This document shows, one piece after another, positions 38,501 to 54,113 of a stretch of DNA of 64,000 nucleotides; positions within the stretch are counted from its first letter, which is position 1; every line of letters starts with the position of its first letter. The DNA comes from Octopus sinensis (taxonomy: Eukaryota): assembly GCF_006345805.1 (NCBI RefSeq), contig NC_042998.1:39060001-39124000 (forward strand), read 5' to 3'. Made by a program: the position numbers and the translations under genes. The notes under the pieces are model-generated. The model did not search any database. It had not been told where the DNA came from and saw only the letters and a list, made by a program, of their open reading frames with translations.

Positions 38501-41500
38501 GACCTATGGAAGTATGCTGTGCGTGAGAAGACCCGGCAAGACTAGTCAGGCCATAACCCGTGGCCCCTACCTGGGACGTAGTCAGTCCACCTGTGCATAC
38601 CTTCCTTCTTGTGACACTTGTGAAGACCTGTTGAGGCAAGTGAAAATCAAACAAAATCAAAATAGATGAACATCAATGGAATTTGTATCTTTGTGGTACC
38701 AGTGCCGGTGGCACACAAGAAAACCATCCGAATGTGGCCGTAGCCAGTACCACATCGACTGGCCTCCGTGCTGTGGGCATGTAACAAACACCATCCGATC
38801 GTGGCCGTTCACCAGCCTCATCTGGCACCTGTGTCGGTGGCACATAAAAAACACCATCCGAGCGTGGCCGTCTGCCAGCCTCGTCTGGCACCTGTGTCAG
38901 TGGCACATAAAAACACCATCCGAGCATGGCCGTTCGCCAGCCTCGTCTGGCACCTGTGTCGGTGGCACATAAAATCACCCACTACACTCTCGGAGTGGTT
39001 GGCGTTAGGAAGGGCATCCAGCTGTAGAAACACTGCCAGATCTGACTGGCCTGGTGCAGCCTTCAGGCTCCCCAGACCCCAGTTGAACCGTCCAACCCAT
39101 GCTAGCATGGAAAGCGGACGTTAAATGATGATGATGATGATGATGATGATATTGCAGTAGAAAGGTCTATCAAGAACAGCATATGCTATATTGAACCACA
39201 TACAAATAGACCAGGAAGATGTAGACAGAGGAAAATCTTATGGTTTAACCCACCTTATAGCATGAATATAGCTATTAACAACCAGGAAAGTCTTAAAACT
39301 AATGGACAATCACTTTTGACATTCACACAAATACCACAAGATCATCAGAAATTGTTAAAGTTAGCTATAGTTGCCTCCCGAATATAAAGAATAACACTCA
39401 ATCACAATAAGTATAAACACACTCGAAAGACAATGCAACTGTAGATTCCCAAACTGCTGCCCTCTGAACAACAACTGTCTTGAGAAAGAACTCATATACA
39501 AGGCTAACATCACAGACCCCAACAGAATAGCAAAGACATGTAGCAGAATGATAAGTAACTCATCCAAGGAAAGGTGTACACAACATCTGCTGTCATTTTG
39601 AGACAAAAATAAAAAAAACATGCAACATCTCTGTCAAATATGATATGAACATTGAAAGAAGGTGGAATAAGCAACCCTTAGAATGGAAAATTATTGTTAA
39701 AGCCAAAATATACAGATGATGGGGTACCAAATGTGAACTTCTACAGATAACATCCTAAATATCAGGGATGAAACTTCTCTCCTAGCATAAATAGCAATAG
39801 CATATGTAGGCAGGCAGACAGGCAGGATGGAAGTGTGAAAGCAGCAGAGATAAAAAAAAAAAAACAGGATAACTGTTTTGATATAAAGACAAAGACGTTG
39901 ATTCACATGTAGAAAACCATAGAAAGATAGAAACAGAAATACATCGATGTATGTCTGTATTTGCACACATACATGCATGCATAGATACATACATGCATAC
40001 ATACATACATGCATGCATATATGCATAATACATGCATACATACATACATGCATATACTTGGTTTTGTGCATTTACAAAGCTTTCTTACTCTGTCAACCAC
40101 CAGTTTGAATACCATGAAGGACATACATACACGAGCACAACACACACATACATAAGTGTGTATGTGCTTGTGTACATGCCGAGAGGATATGCTGCCTTTT
40201 TTAGACTCATGACCATTACATAACACTTCAAAGGTTATGAGTTTGGAATCCATGAGCAACCAGATTGCTACAAAATACCTCGTGAACAAAGGAGACAGTG
40301 TGAAAACCTTGGAGGTCCATGACACAACCGTAAATGTAGATTATGTGACATTTGTGCGGAATACATTACACAAATGAACAGCAGCTGCCAAAGAAATCTC
40401 ATCAAGGTTCCACGTGACACGACTTGGTTGCTTGGTGTAACATTGCCATAAAAACTTCCACCACCAAATGCAAACAGAACAGACTGAATATTGTCACTTG
40501 AGAGACAAGAAAAAGTATGTAATGCCATGGTGGTCAGCTGGACTCCTCCTGATGTGAATATCTTTTTTGAAAATCAAAGAGAAAGAGGAAAGCTACAGAC
40601 AGTTACTTGAAAGCTGGCAGTTTCCATATCCAGATAATAAATTCATATTTATACTAATAACAATTGGTGCACTTGATCTCATTAAGAGCTAAGAGATAAT
40701 TGAAAAAGCCAGGATTTTCAGAAAACTAAAACAACCAACCAATGCACAAACTATTAATACAATCTTCAGGCAAAATGGCAAAAATATGCAAGACTTTTCT
40801 CAAGTTTATCATGTGTCATTGTTTTTGTTCTCTTCATTGCAATGATGGAACTTTGTATCTTTGTTAGAAAATAGAACGCCATTTCTCAGAGGAAGTCTTC
40901 AAATAATTGAAAATACAAGAGAACATGCATACTAATATTTATTATGTGAGACGTAAAGACTTTGTCAGAAAGAGACACCAAGAACAGTTTGTGGTGGGTA
41001 AGGCATTAATAGGCAAAAGTAAATACCGTTGAAGAGGTTTCCTGACATGAAACTGTAGGATAATCTTCCATTTTCATTGGAGTCATCATCTTTGGCTGTA
41101 ACTCGGCCAACCAATGTTCCAGCAGGGGCCTTTTCCTGAATGGTAAATGAGTATTCCGAACTTGGTTGAAACACAGGCCTGTTGTCGTTTTCATCGAGTA
41201 CTTTAATAATCAGCTGAAACAAACAAATCATTTGTTTCTGTGATATTTATTACGTTTCAGTGTGTGCATGTGTGTGTGTGTGTGTGTGTGCGTGTACATG
41301 AAAGAAATTGTTGTATAACAGTGCTCAGGTTCACTACAACTAAGAAACAAAATTATATCTTCACACACACACACACACATATTCTAAATGATGTTTCTCG
41401 ATAAATTTCGATTTGACTACTTCTGTATGTCCAAGTGATTGTACTTGTGGTCATGTATTTGTGCATATTAAATATATAATTATTTCCACTCTAGGCACAA

Positions 41501-44500
41501 GGCCATGAAAATTTGGGGGGAAGGGGGCTAGTCGATTAACATCAACCCCCAGCGCATAACACTACTTATTTCATCGACCCCAAAAAGGATGAAAGGGTAA
41601 GTTGACCTTGGTGGAATTCAAACTCAGAACGTAGTGGCAGACAAAATACCGATAAGCATTTCGCTCAGTGTGCTAACGATTCTGCCAGCTCACTGCCTTA
41701 CATATTAAATAAAATGTGAATTGTGTTTTTCTAGTTCCTGTGTAAAGTTGCCGATCATTGACTTTGTGGAATTATTAGAAAAGCTCCTCCACAATTAAAG
41801 CTTGTCATTTAATTCTCGGTTTTAATTATCATGCCTTACGTTTTATATGTCTGACTACATTTCATTTTGACCAGATCTCAAGGACAGAAGATCAAAGTTA
41901 AAAAAGATAAACCTCAATACAAAGCGATACTTTCATAATCGACAATACTTTGAAAATAATCAGATTAACATCTTAAAATAATAATTACGTTTCCAGTTAA
42001 CTGTAACTGATAGAGTTGTTTGTGTAAACCATTATAAACAAACACAAGCATTGATATATTCATTTTTATAAATAGTTATGGTGTTCACGACGTTAATAAC
42101 AATTTCAATTCCCTGTGGATAGACACGAAATGACTTCATAGTTTGATGTAGTGGACCACCAGCTCATATATCTTCAGTTCAATTCTTGATATGCCTTTAC
42201 AAAACCCAGATTTTATTTACTGCTGTTCATTGAGCTATCAGAAACAACAGCCAAATCATTTAGGTATGTTACCTCTAAAGTCTAAAAGGATGTTTATCTT
42301 TTATTGACTTGATTCTCTAAAACTAAAGACAAGTGAACCTTAAAAATCCTGGAACTGTTAACCACGCAGTTCTGCAGAATCTAATTTAAAGCATTTGTCT
42401 TACTTCGTTTATGCCTAGGGTCCATACTTGTATTAGTTTTACACCAATTTTTTGAAGTAATTTAATTATCTAGTTCATTTGGGATCTCTCTACCCCACAT
42501 CACATTTGACTTGTGGCTAATTTTGTTTTGGTTGTTCAATTTAATCGTTTAATATTTTGGAAAGTATCATTAAAACACTGATTCTTCAGTCACTTGGGGA
42601 AAAGAATACCAGAGTGGTTTCCTAATGCATCATTCACTTCAATATGGTGCTTTTAATTGCAAGCTAGCAAATTAGAGAGTGTTCCGAGTGATGTCAGAGA
42701 GTGCTGAGAGCTAAGGTTACAGGACACAAAATAATGATTTGAAGGTGAGATGGTCATTTCCCATTTTCTTCGTTTTTTGTCTATGACCAGTTTCACGAAT
42801 GAAATAGTTTGTTCAATTTGTCTAAACAAGCCACAAGAGGCAAAATACTGTGGGTAATAAATGAATATTTCATTAGTTTTCGATACTGAGTTTAATTTTA
42901 ACGTCTTAAAAAAGCAACATGTGGAAGACAAAAATGTTATTTACGTAAAAATTTAACATTCATTTTCTTGACACAACGGCTACGAGGGATACATAACAAC
43001 TGGATAGATGTTGTGAATTAGAAAAAAATTAGTTTATCGCCAATTGATAAAGCAACGAGCTGAACTAACCGTGGTTAGAATTTAGAGTAAGTTGAATTGA
43101 TCTAATAGGATTAAATAGAATTATCATAGAAATAGTATTTACTGGTAATCGACTTGTAGCCATGAGTTATATATTTATCCGCATCTTCATCATTAAATGT
43201 CCGATTTCCATGCTGGCATGGGTTGGACAGTTTGAGAAGAGCTGGCAAGATGGAGAGCTACACTGGTCTCCCTTGTTTCTACAGCTGGATACCCTCCCTA
43301 ACGCCAACCATTTCACAGAGTGTACTGGGTACTTTTTGCATGACACCAGCATCAGTGCTTTTTATGTGTCTTGCAAACAACTTGCATATGCAAGTGCTAC
43401 CAGTAGAAGGCTCTGCATACGGAAGCCAGCAAGTGTTTGGGGTCATCAGGAGAGAATGCGAGCCGTTTCGGGGCCTACCTCTCGACGGCATCAACGTGCA
43501 CCAGCCCCGCTCACTGATATGAGGCCCCGCTTGCTAGATCAGCTGGTTATCAAATAAAGCTCAATATTCTTCTAGCCATTGCTCATCGACTCTTTTTAAC
43601 CAAATCCAGTGGCTAGCCTTCTCCACTGTAGATTGGATATCGGTCATGGTGGTATTGACTTTACGATGAGTTAGGCCTAACAATAACAACAGTCATCTCA
43701 CACTGTGTCCAACAAACCCTCTACATCTGACTTCGATTGGAGAATGCTCTGCTTTCCAGCCTGCTAAATGATAAATGATATAGATTTACCTTAACGGCTG
43801 TCTTTTGATGCACCTGGCCTGTAGGATTGTCTGTGGCAACCACTTGAAGATTGTAAATCTTAGTAGTTTCATAATCTAATTCTGCACCACGGTTTACGAT
43901 GATATCTCCCTGAAAATATAATAAAGATGAGAATATTTTATTAAACAATGATCATTCCTTTAATTTGTATTGAGAAACTGAAGAATGATACAACTGTTAG
44001 GACACTTTCTAGATAATTGACAGGTACAAGGTTCAAATCTAGTGGATTTCTTGTTCTTTTCAAAAGCAAAGTGATAAAAAAGTGGTAGAGTGTTAAACGA
44101 CTTGCAAATAATGTTCTTAGCAAAAAAACATGAATTTGGACTTCATTCTTCATCCTGATGAGTGTCCATAAAATAGCTCCCAGTCAAGTCCTGAATTGGC
44201 GTAAAACTGGTACAGTTCTCAAAAATGTGGGATCGTCAGTTAAAAAGTCTGAAATCATTCTTTCATCAAGACAATTCCAGAATCAAAACACTCAGAGTGA
44301 TGGTGGTGGTGGTGGTGGCAGTGGTGATGGCTGATATAGTTTATCTCAAAGTTACCTTTGGTCTATGGAGTTTAGTGTTTTAAGCGACATGTTCTAATAA
44401 GTCCTTTTTTCTAAAAGGCCGGGAATAATTCAAGTGAAATTTGGCTGCTATTTGTGCTGTGGTTGAACTGTGTGGGGTTGTGGTGGAGTGGTTTTGATAG

Positions 44501-47500
44501 CATGATGGTAGTGGTGCATGTACACATATACACTCATGTGCATAAGTAGGTGGGTGGGTAGGTGGATAGGTAGACAGTCAGACAGACAGATAGAATTTGC
44601 ATAGTGTTTCCTTTTACTTAAACGAGACCTGTACGACAGGTATATCTACCTTTTCTAAACATACTCAGGTGTCTGGATGTATAAGGTGAGGGAAAGATTG
44701 AAAATTATAATGAAAAACACAAGTTTGGATCCAAATTTTGAAAGAGTTGACACGTTATTGTGTCAATATCAAAATATGAGTTACAATAATTAGTTGTCTG
44801 GATGGCTTGTCAATAATTACACTAAACCAATTAAAAAAAGCAATGACTCCACAATTCTTGTTTTTATATATCTACACAAAAATACTATGTTTCGAAAAAA
44901 TAAACAGCTTATTTCTTTATTTATAAGGACAGGTAAGTGGATTAAGTCGATTAGATCGACCCCAGTGTGTAACTGGTACTTAATATATCAACCCCGAAAG
45001 GATGAAAGGCAAAGTCGACCTCAGCGGAATTTGAACTCAGAACGTAAAGGCAGACGAAATACGGCTATGCATTTCGCCCGGCATGCTAACGATTCTGCCA
45101 GCTCGCCGCCTTAAAAAAGTAAACAGCTTGCTCATCTATATCCACTTATGCATCTGTATCTGTGATGTGTGAACAGGATGGAGTAGAGCAAACATAGTTT
45201 CAAGTTGATGGTTTATAACCTTTTAACTGTTACACACTCTTGAAGAGAAAACGGTCCGTGTTACAAGACGATTAAGAGTAGAATTCATAATAGTAAAGTT
45301 ACGATTGTACTTACGGATTCAGTGATGTGGAAATCATTACGGTTAGGACCTTTAAGAAAATAGGAAATCCTGCTGTTTTCTCCTTCGTCATTATCACTTG
45401 CTGAAACCCTGCCAACAACATTTGGATAGAGAGTAGTTTCTTTCACCTCAAAAGTATATACCTGCATAAAATATTATACAATAACATTAGTAATTATTCA
45501 TAAATTTGGTTGAAGTGCCTGAACCATTACATGACTTGCTAATTAATTAAAACTCATCTCTGATAGATTTTGTCACCTTATTTCCACTTCAATAGAGTAA
45601 CAAATTGTAAAGTCAATCGTTAAAATGAAACCATTACATTTTCCTACAAATTTATATCAAAGTAAGATGATGATTACCAGAATTTGAGGAAACGGTTGGT
45701 ATTTTGTGGCATAAAGAGTGAGTGCAAAAAGTATGCAAACAGGAATATATTGTTGTTGTCTTGAAATGGAATGGGAAATCCAGTTTATCGTATTCAGTGT
45801 TTAAATAGGATGTTAATTTAGTTGAGTAAATCGTTTCACAGGTCTTAGTAACTGGATGTTTCTGTAATTTCAGGAAAATAATAAACTTCTCCTCAACAAA
45901 AGTGCATCTGTGTTGTCATTAGAACTGCTTAAAATATTTGCGAGTCACGTTCTGTTGTCCTAAAAGAAGAAATGTTGGACAATGTGATCCCAGGCACCGT
46001 GTCTGAGAAAAGAAGGAGGGTCACAGCGAGAATGGCTTCCTTCATATGTCTGCTGGCTGTGAGATGACTAAGATAAACATCAGCTTCTAACAAATACGAT
46101 GTTTTCCAGTTGTTAAAATGAGGTAGAATACAGGTAATAATAAAATTATTACCTGGATTCTTTTGCTTGTTTCGGTCACTTGATTGCAGCCATGCTGGAG
46201 CACCACCTTTTTAGTTAAACAAATCAATCCCAGGACTTATTCTTTGTAAACCTGGTACTTATTTTATCGGCCTCTTATGCTGAACTGCTAAGTTACGGGG
46301 ATGTAAACACACCAACATAGATTATCAAGTGATGGTTGAGATGAGGGACAAATATAGACATGATGACACACACGCACGTAAATATATAAATATATATATG
46401 ACAGGCTTCTTTCAGTTTCTGTCTACCAAATCCACTCACAAGGCTTTGGTCAACCTGAGGCTATAATAGATCCGAAAAAGAAGCACACCAATACATTAGA
46501 GCAATAATATATATTTTAGGAAGTTAAAAGTTAAGGCTGGTCATAGAATGACCATTGGTTTTGCACCTGTAAAACGCTTAGCAACACCATATATGGCTTG
46601 GTACTTTATAGCTTCAAAACCAATGGTCACTTTATGCTATAACTTTTAACCTCCTAATATACATACATACATATAAATGTATGTGTGTGTGTGCAATCTG
46701 TGAGTGGAACAGTAAAACTATGTAAGACTTTTCTCAAGTTCCAAATATGGATTTGTCTGTTAATTACATCCCAAAAATAGAGTCTTTTATCTTTGTTGGA
46801 AACTGGCTCCCTGCTCAGTGGAAGATTTATGATAATTAAAAAGTAGAAAAGACATATCTGTACAAATCTGTGCATGTGTGTGTGTGTGTGTGTATAGGTT
46901 ATGTAAAGGTGTATTTTTTTTCCACAGAAGGTGTGTGTACGTATTTATGTATGTATATGTGTATGCATGTATCCATGTATTTATATACATATGTCATTGT
47001 TCAGTTTTATTTCAAGATTTCTTGCCAATAGAGAAAAGAGCTGGTTTCTAACCTAGATCCAAAGCTCCTTCATTGGAATTTTGACATCAACAACAGTATT
47101 TTTGTTTGTATGTATGTATGTGTGCAGATTTGTATGTTTTGTTTTATGTATGTCTTCTCATGCATATAGTTGCATACCTAAACATGCTCATATATATTTA
47201 AATGATAAACTTCTGGAAAGTTTTACAGATTTTTACAGTTTCAGTGATGGATTGGATCTGTAGTCTTTGAATTAGCTTTCTCCTTTCTGGTTTTGAGAAG
47301 CCTAATTTCTCAAGATTGGTATCTAGACAGTCTGTTACATATCCCAGGGCCCCAATTATTACAGGTATAAACCTGAATTTGTAATCTGGATAGAGTAACT
47401 GCAGATTTCTCAACAGTATATATGTACGTATGTATGCATGTATGTACATATGTTCTGAGTTTTATTTAAGCTCTTCTTAAGAGAGTTCAAGCTGGTTGCA

Positions 47501-50399
47501 AACAAAGCGACAAGATTTTTTGAGTTGGGAGAGTTCCCAGTATTTGTAAGTATGTAGTTGAGTTGTGAATCTACTCATCTCAAGAATCTCAGATGGAAAA
47601 TCTTTGGAATAACTTATGAATCTTCACAGTGCCACAACTAGATTGGAATAGAGAATGCCAGTCAGTTTCTTTTTATCTTTCTTCAGAAAACCTTGTTTAT
47701 CTAGGATTTTGTATAAATTTGTAGATACATAGACTATGATTGTAGGTACAAATGCGAATGTATGTATGTATGCATGTACGTATGTTTGTATGTTCACATG
47801 TCTGCATGTATGTATGTACATACGTATGTATGCATTTGTGTATTTATGCATGTACGTATGTTTGTATGCATGTATGAAAAGGACAAGTGGGAAAGAAAGA
47901 GTGAGAGAGATTAACTACTGACTTATACTAACACTTTTCGTGAACTTGGGTAAGTTGTCGTTGATGTCTTTTACCGTGATTACCATTCCTGCTGTGGCAT
48001 TACGTTGTGAGTCAGCAATAGCTATTATATCAAACTTGAGGGGGTTTGAATAGCCCTTATTTTCATAGTCGAGTTCTTTGATCAGAATAACTTCACCTGG
48101 AATTAAAACAAAGATTGATCCATTGAATCAGTGATATGTTAACGATTTGCTTCAGTTAATAGTTTGGGCTGAATATGGGGGGGGGGGCAGAGCTGGCAGA
48201 ATGGTTAGCACACCGAGCAAAATAGTTAGCAGTATTCTATCCATCTTTAGGTTCTGAGTTCTAATTCTGTTTACTTTACCCTTCATCCTTTTGGGGTCGT
48301 TAAATAACTACCAGTTAAACACTATCCGGTTCTAATTTATGAATTAATAATTGAGTTATTACTCCATGTTGAAAAGTGTATGTCCAAAATTAATGTTTTC
48401 TGGACATTTTTACTAAATCATGATAATCCATTTTCTGGACCAAATTCCTGCAGATATTGACCATTTCTGTTGATTGTTAAGGGTATTTGCTGGTTCTCAT
48501 CTACATACATCATTTTTATCCCATACACTAGTTGGACTGTAGAGGGACATTAATATGAGGATTTCCACTGAAAGTGTTATCATTCAAGGAAGAATTTGTT
48601 CCTATTGACAAACGTGAGTGAAATTGGTTGAAAAATGTCCCTACTCTACTAATAGTGCTTTTCCATGCAAAGATAGACACGGAGGTCTGGTCATCAACAT
48701 AGAATACTATTTCAGCCCTGATTCGTTATCAATTTGATTTCAACTTGAAACAGCTGAATAGGAATGCAATTTATAGAGTGAAAAATTTCTCAAATAATAA
48801 TAATAATATTATTATTATATTATTATTATTATTATTATTATTATTAAGGCAGCGAGCTGGCAGAATTGTTAGCATGCTGGGTGGAATGCTTAGCGGTATT
48901 TCATGCCTTTACGTTCTGAGTTCAACTTCCGCCATTCATCCTTTTGGGGGGGGGTCAATAAATTAAGTACCAGTTGTATACTGGGTTGATCTAATCGATT
49001 GGCCTCCTCCCACCAAATTTCAGGCCTTGTGTCTATAGTAGAAAGGATTATAATTATTATTATTAGCGTTTCATCTGCTGTTACGTTCTGAGTTCAAATT
49101 TCTCCAAGGTCAACTTTGTCTTTCATCCTTTAGGAGGCTGATAAGTTAAGTACTAGTGAAACAATGGGATCAATGTAACCAACTATCCCCACCACCCACA
49201 AAATTACTGGCCTTGTGGCAAAATTTGAAATCATTATTATTATTATTATTATATTCAAATTCCGCCGAGGTCGACTTTGCCTTTCATCCTTTCGGGGTTG
49301 ATAAATTAAGTAGCAGTTGCATACTGGGTTGATCTAATTGACTGGCCCCACTCCCTCCAAATTTCAGGCCTTGTGCCTATAGTAGAAAGGATTATTTTTA
49401 TTATTATTATTATTATTATTATAGACATCGCACAGTATTGTGAGATTGTTGATTGAAGATATTGTACTGTTTGTCAAGTTACAACAAGGACCTCAGACAA
49501 ACAGCACTTTACACAACATGCATCCAGTTTCAAGTAATGATGACTTTTGCAATACATCGAGATTATAGAGTATTTCTAAGGTTTACAAATGTTTTTTTTC
49601 AGATTGGGTGGTATTGAACCCACTGCTCCGATGTCAATAGGGATAACCAGATAACCTTTATGTTCAACTCTCGTAGCTGCTACATCTTAGTGATCTCAAT
49701 TCTCAGCTCTCCATATTTATCAACTTTTTCTCTTTCTTTCATGATGATCTGTTGATCTGGCACTGCCACGTCGATTATTAGACACTCTTCTTTGTCCCTC
49801 CTAAAGGTTACTATATCCAGCCTTCAGTGTTCTAATACCTTGTCTGTCTGGAAGTCAAAGTCACAGAGCCTTTCCTTTTTTGTCCATTTCATTTTCCAGT
49901 GTGTGTGTTGGTACCAAGCACTCGTAACCTCATATCAAAACTTACGGCAATCAGTGAAGGTTTCAGGTTACTTTGTCGTGTCTACTCTTGTACTCTTTCT
50001 GCGCAAGACTTTCACAAGCACCAACAATCTGAGTCACACTCTCGACCTTCTTCCCACACATTCTGCAGAGGTCCAATGCTCTAGTGTGGTATATATTCTT
50101 TTTCACTGAGTTGCTATTCAATTCCTGGTCCGAAGCCACAATGATTAGGCTTTCAGTTGGAACAGCGATATGCAATCAGTGTAGCGCTGCCCCTTCAATG
50201 TTTTAGCCCACACATATTGTTTTAAGGTTTCAGTGACAGTTTTGAACCTTTTCTTTTCTATTTGGTACTTCTTGTCAAGATATGCCCTTGCATTTTATTT
50301 TCCATGTTTCAATTCCCCATTGGACCACTCTTCTATGTGGCTCAGATCTTTACACAAAGGTAGAATATCACCTTCAATTCTTCACTTCCATTATTGTTA

Positions 50400-50436
<37 letters not shown>

Positions 50437-53400
50437 TGCAGTTCAATAATGGTTATTAATACAGCTAAATAATTATAAGCTATCAAGCAAGCTAATATGA
50501 AGTCAAATGGAACTATACAGCTTCATATTTACGAATAGCAAAATTTTTTCATCTCTCCATCTTATTACAATGATAACACAAAACTTGTGCAAATTATAGA
50601 GTGAGGAAGTAAGTTGAAGAAAATAATATCAATCATTCAACCTACCATTTCTTGTAACATTGAAGAACCCTTTGTCTTGTCCACCCGGCGCTAAAGTGTA
50701 GTCAGATACAAACTGATCAGTTTTGGGATCTTTGGCCCTGACCGTTGTTAACAAAAGTCCAACCTGTTTGTCTTCTGGGACTTCTATTTCATAGATCTTT
50801 TTACTTTGACCAGGTGTCTCAGGTATAAAGAAAGGTTCTGTTCTCTGTGATGCTTGTGTAATTATTACGACTCGAGCTGTAAATAAAAAAAGAGTATTTT
50901 AACATGTTCATGTATTTTTTATTGAAGATTTTAATATACTTTTGCTTCACAAATATCATTTTACTGAGTTAGAACGTGAAGTCAGATGGAACAGCACGAA
51001 AATACCATAATAGAAAGCTCTTGCAGAACTTCAGTTAAGGAACTTTTTTTCATTGCTTTCAACTCAGCAGATTTAATGAATAATTTAAAATTCCACGCTG
51101 AAGTAGAAGGAACACGAGAGTGTCCAGTTATTGGATTTAGTTCAGTCTATCTTCTAGTTATGTTCAAATCTCACAAATTAGATTCACCCACTGAATCTAA
51201 AATGAGAACCAGTCATTATTACATCTTGTTATATAAATCCAAATAAGCCTGTATGCTACAAGAGTACAACAATAGTATTAGAAATCAATTTGACTGTGGC
51301 CATGCGGTGCCCCAGCATGGCCACAATCTAATGACTGAAACAAGTAAAAGATAAAAGATACAATTAACCACAATTTTTAAGTAGTTTATTTAATAAGTAC
51401 ATAACAGGGAAACCAACAAATATTAATTAGCAATGTTTAGATAACTTAAGACAGCGAACAGTCAGAATCGTTAGCAGGGTGGGTAAAATGCTTAGCAGCA
51501 TTTCGTCTGTCACTACCTTCTGAGTTCAAATTCCGCCATGGTCAACTTTGCATTCCATTCTTTCAGGGTCGATAAAAATAGGTACCAATTGAGCACAGGG
51601 GTTGATGTAATTGGCTTAGACCCTCTCATGAACTTGCTGACCTTGTGACAAAATTTGATACCAATATTTAAGTAACTTCGCTTGAACTGAGAGTGCCTGG
51701 TGATGCCAAATCTGGGCAAAAGTTATTCTCTTTCACTTGAAATATAAAGCCTTTGGAGAAAATTTCAATATCTCACCTCTCTTTTTTCTAAATAATATAA
51801 GAATCTATTAATTATCTTACTATCTGCACTTCTTCGAATTTTAACTGACAAAATATGGTTTTGAGAAAGAGCTGAAAACCTGGTCTGAACTCTGTTCAAG
51901 ACCTGACCAAAATGTTGCTGAATTCTGAAACTTGCCAGAGGCCTTTCAGTTTAGGTTCTCTTGCTATCAGACAGGGAAACAAGCTGCTGGTCAGTCTTGC
52001 CCTCACTACTAACTGTTGAATCCATCTTTCAAGTGATGTTTGTTGTTAGTCAACCGATAAAATTAAGCAGGATCAGAGACAAGAAGGGAAGGATTTCAAA
52101 CCTGCAGCTCAGATACGATCAACAAATTCAATTAGGGTTATCTCCAAGCAGCAACCTTTTAACACTTGTGAATAATTTAAGAGAAATTTTCTTTATCCTC
52201 AGCTTGAAAGTCTCTGGGAAAATTTATGCCTGTCTTAAGACCTGTCTTTCTGTTATAATCCTTAAAATGTGGGCTTGTTATAGCGCTCACTTTGGTATAC
52301 AGTATACTTAGTAAAACAAGTAAAGACAAGACTATCTCTGACCGCCTACTACTTACTCTCTCGTACCGTCTTATACCACTTGTCATGTGGGAATGGTGGA
52401 CCATTATTCCTAATTCCCTACAACACTTTCAGTATACCTTCCACTCGTTTTCTACAGAATGTTTGGCTGTTCTAATCAATTGACTTTTAGTGGAGATTTG
52501 CACTTAATTTATGCAACTTTTTTAGAAGAATCATTTGCAGGGAAATTTAGTTCATAAATGACAACCACAGCCATTAAAATAGGAAATATTTTTAGAAGCA
52601 GCAACTTCGAAGCACTTTAAAAGATCAGGGAATCTCCATGAAGCAAGTATATCAGGTACATAACCCACTTTTTAGTTATTGATTGGAAAAGTTTCACAAT
52701 TTCTTCTGGAAAAGATAAGCATTTCTTACTATATATGACCGTTCGGCCAGTTCGCAGTTGGGGACTATAATGTACGTAAATTAGCTTTGATATGGGTTTT
52801 TTTTTTTTTGTTTTATTTAATGAAAACACTGACACGGCTAATCTTGGAAAAGATAACGAATGACCTGATTTCCATATTTCTTTCTTTAGAATATCTCCCG
52901 CAACACCTCTGAGAAGTAAATTTAGCTTTGTGTTATTCCTGTACTGATTCCAAACCCTTACTGATCAACGTCACCTTTTATGAAAGTTGAAGTAATTAGG
53001 GTTAGTAAGATACCGGAGGCTAATTCACTTCCCGACATACTTATGTCGACTGAACTGGTCTTATTCTTATAAAAAATATATTTACTTTCAATGTGATTGC
53101 TGTTAGTGCATTGTTAATGATAATGATGAAGGTGGGGGGGGGAGAAGGAGGAGAATGACAACGACGATGGTAGCGGCCACGACATTAACGCTAATTATAG
53201 TTTAGGAAGTAAGTGCTCACCTTGGGCAACCTGACTGCTGCTGCTAACATCGGCGTTCAAGTCCCGAGCTTGGACTACAAATGCGATTGTAGCCACCAAA
53301 CTGTGGTATAGCTTCATCTTTAAGCTAATATCCCCAGTGACTCTGTTGATGGCAAAGGCATTCTGAAAGAGAGAGAATCGGCAAACTCACAACATCCGTA

Positions 53401-54026
53401 ATAAAATAATTATTACTATTGCAATGTTAGTAGATTATAAACTCAAAATATAGAGGAGGGCTGGAATGAAATAATACAAAGCGATTAAAAAGTAAGTGTT
53501 GCTTATATTAAAGATATACTAAATGATTTGTAAGATAGGTATATGTTCCCATGACATTTGATCTGATTGCGGGATAAATAATGAGTTTATTGACCACGGA
53601 AAGGAAGGATAAATTCAGAGTGGGTACAAACGTGATTTAAACTCAGAACATAAAGAGGAATGACCAATGACCACAAGGCATTTTGTCCTACACTCTACGC
53701 AACAATAATAATCCTTTCTACTCTAGGCACGAGACTTGAACTTTGTGCGGAGGTAAGTTGACAACCCATCCCCAGCCCCCCAGTGTTCAACTGAGACTAA
53801 TTTCATTGACCCCAAAAGGAAGAGGGGCAAAGACAACTTTGGCGAAATTTGAATACAGAACGTAAAGACGGATGAAATGTGGTTAAGTATTTTGTTCAGC
53901 GTACAAACAATTCGAACACTTCACTGCCTTCAGCATAGCAAAGGAGGAGGGGGAGGGTGAAGGGGAGAGGAGGAGGAGGAGGAGAAGGAGAAGAAGAAGA
54001 AGAAGAAGAAGAAGAAGAAGAAGAAG

Positions 54027-54113
<87 letters not shown>

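Noticed and set aside
51850-52480. Tx1-like LINE fragment on the minus strand
   Set aside because: Too many stops and no diagnostic motif to list as a supported feature
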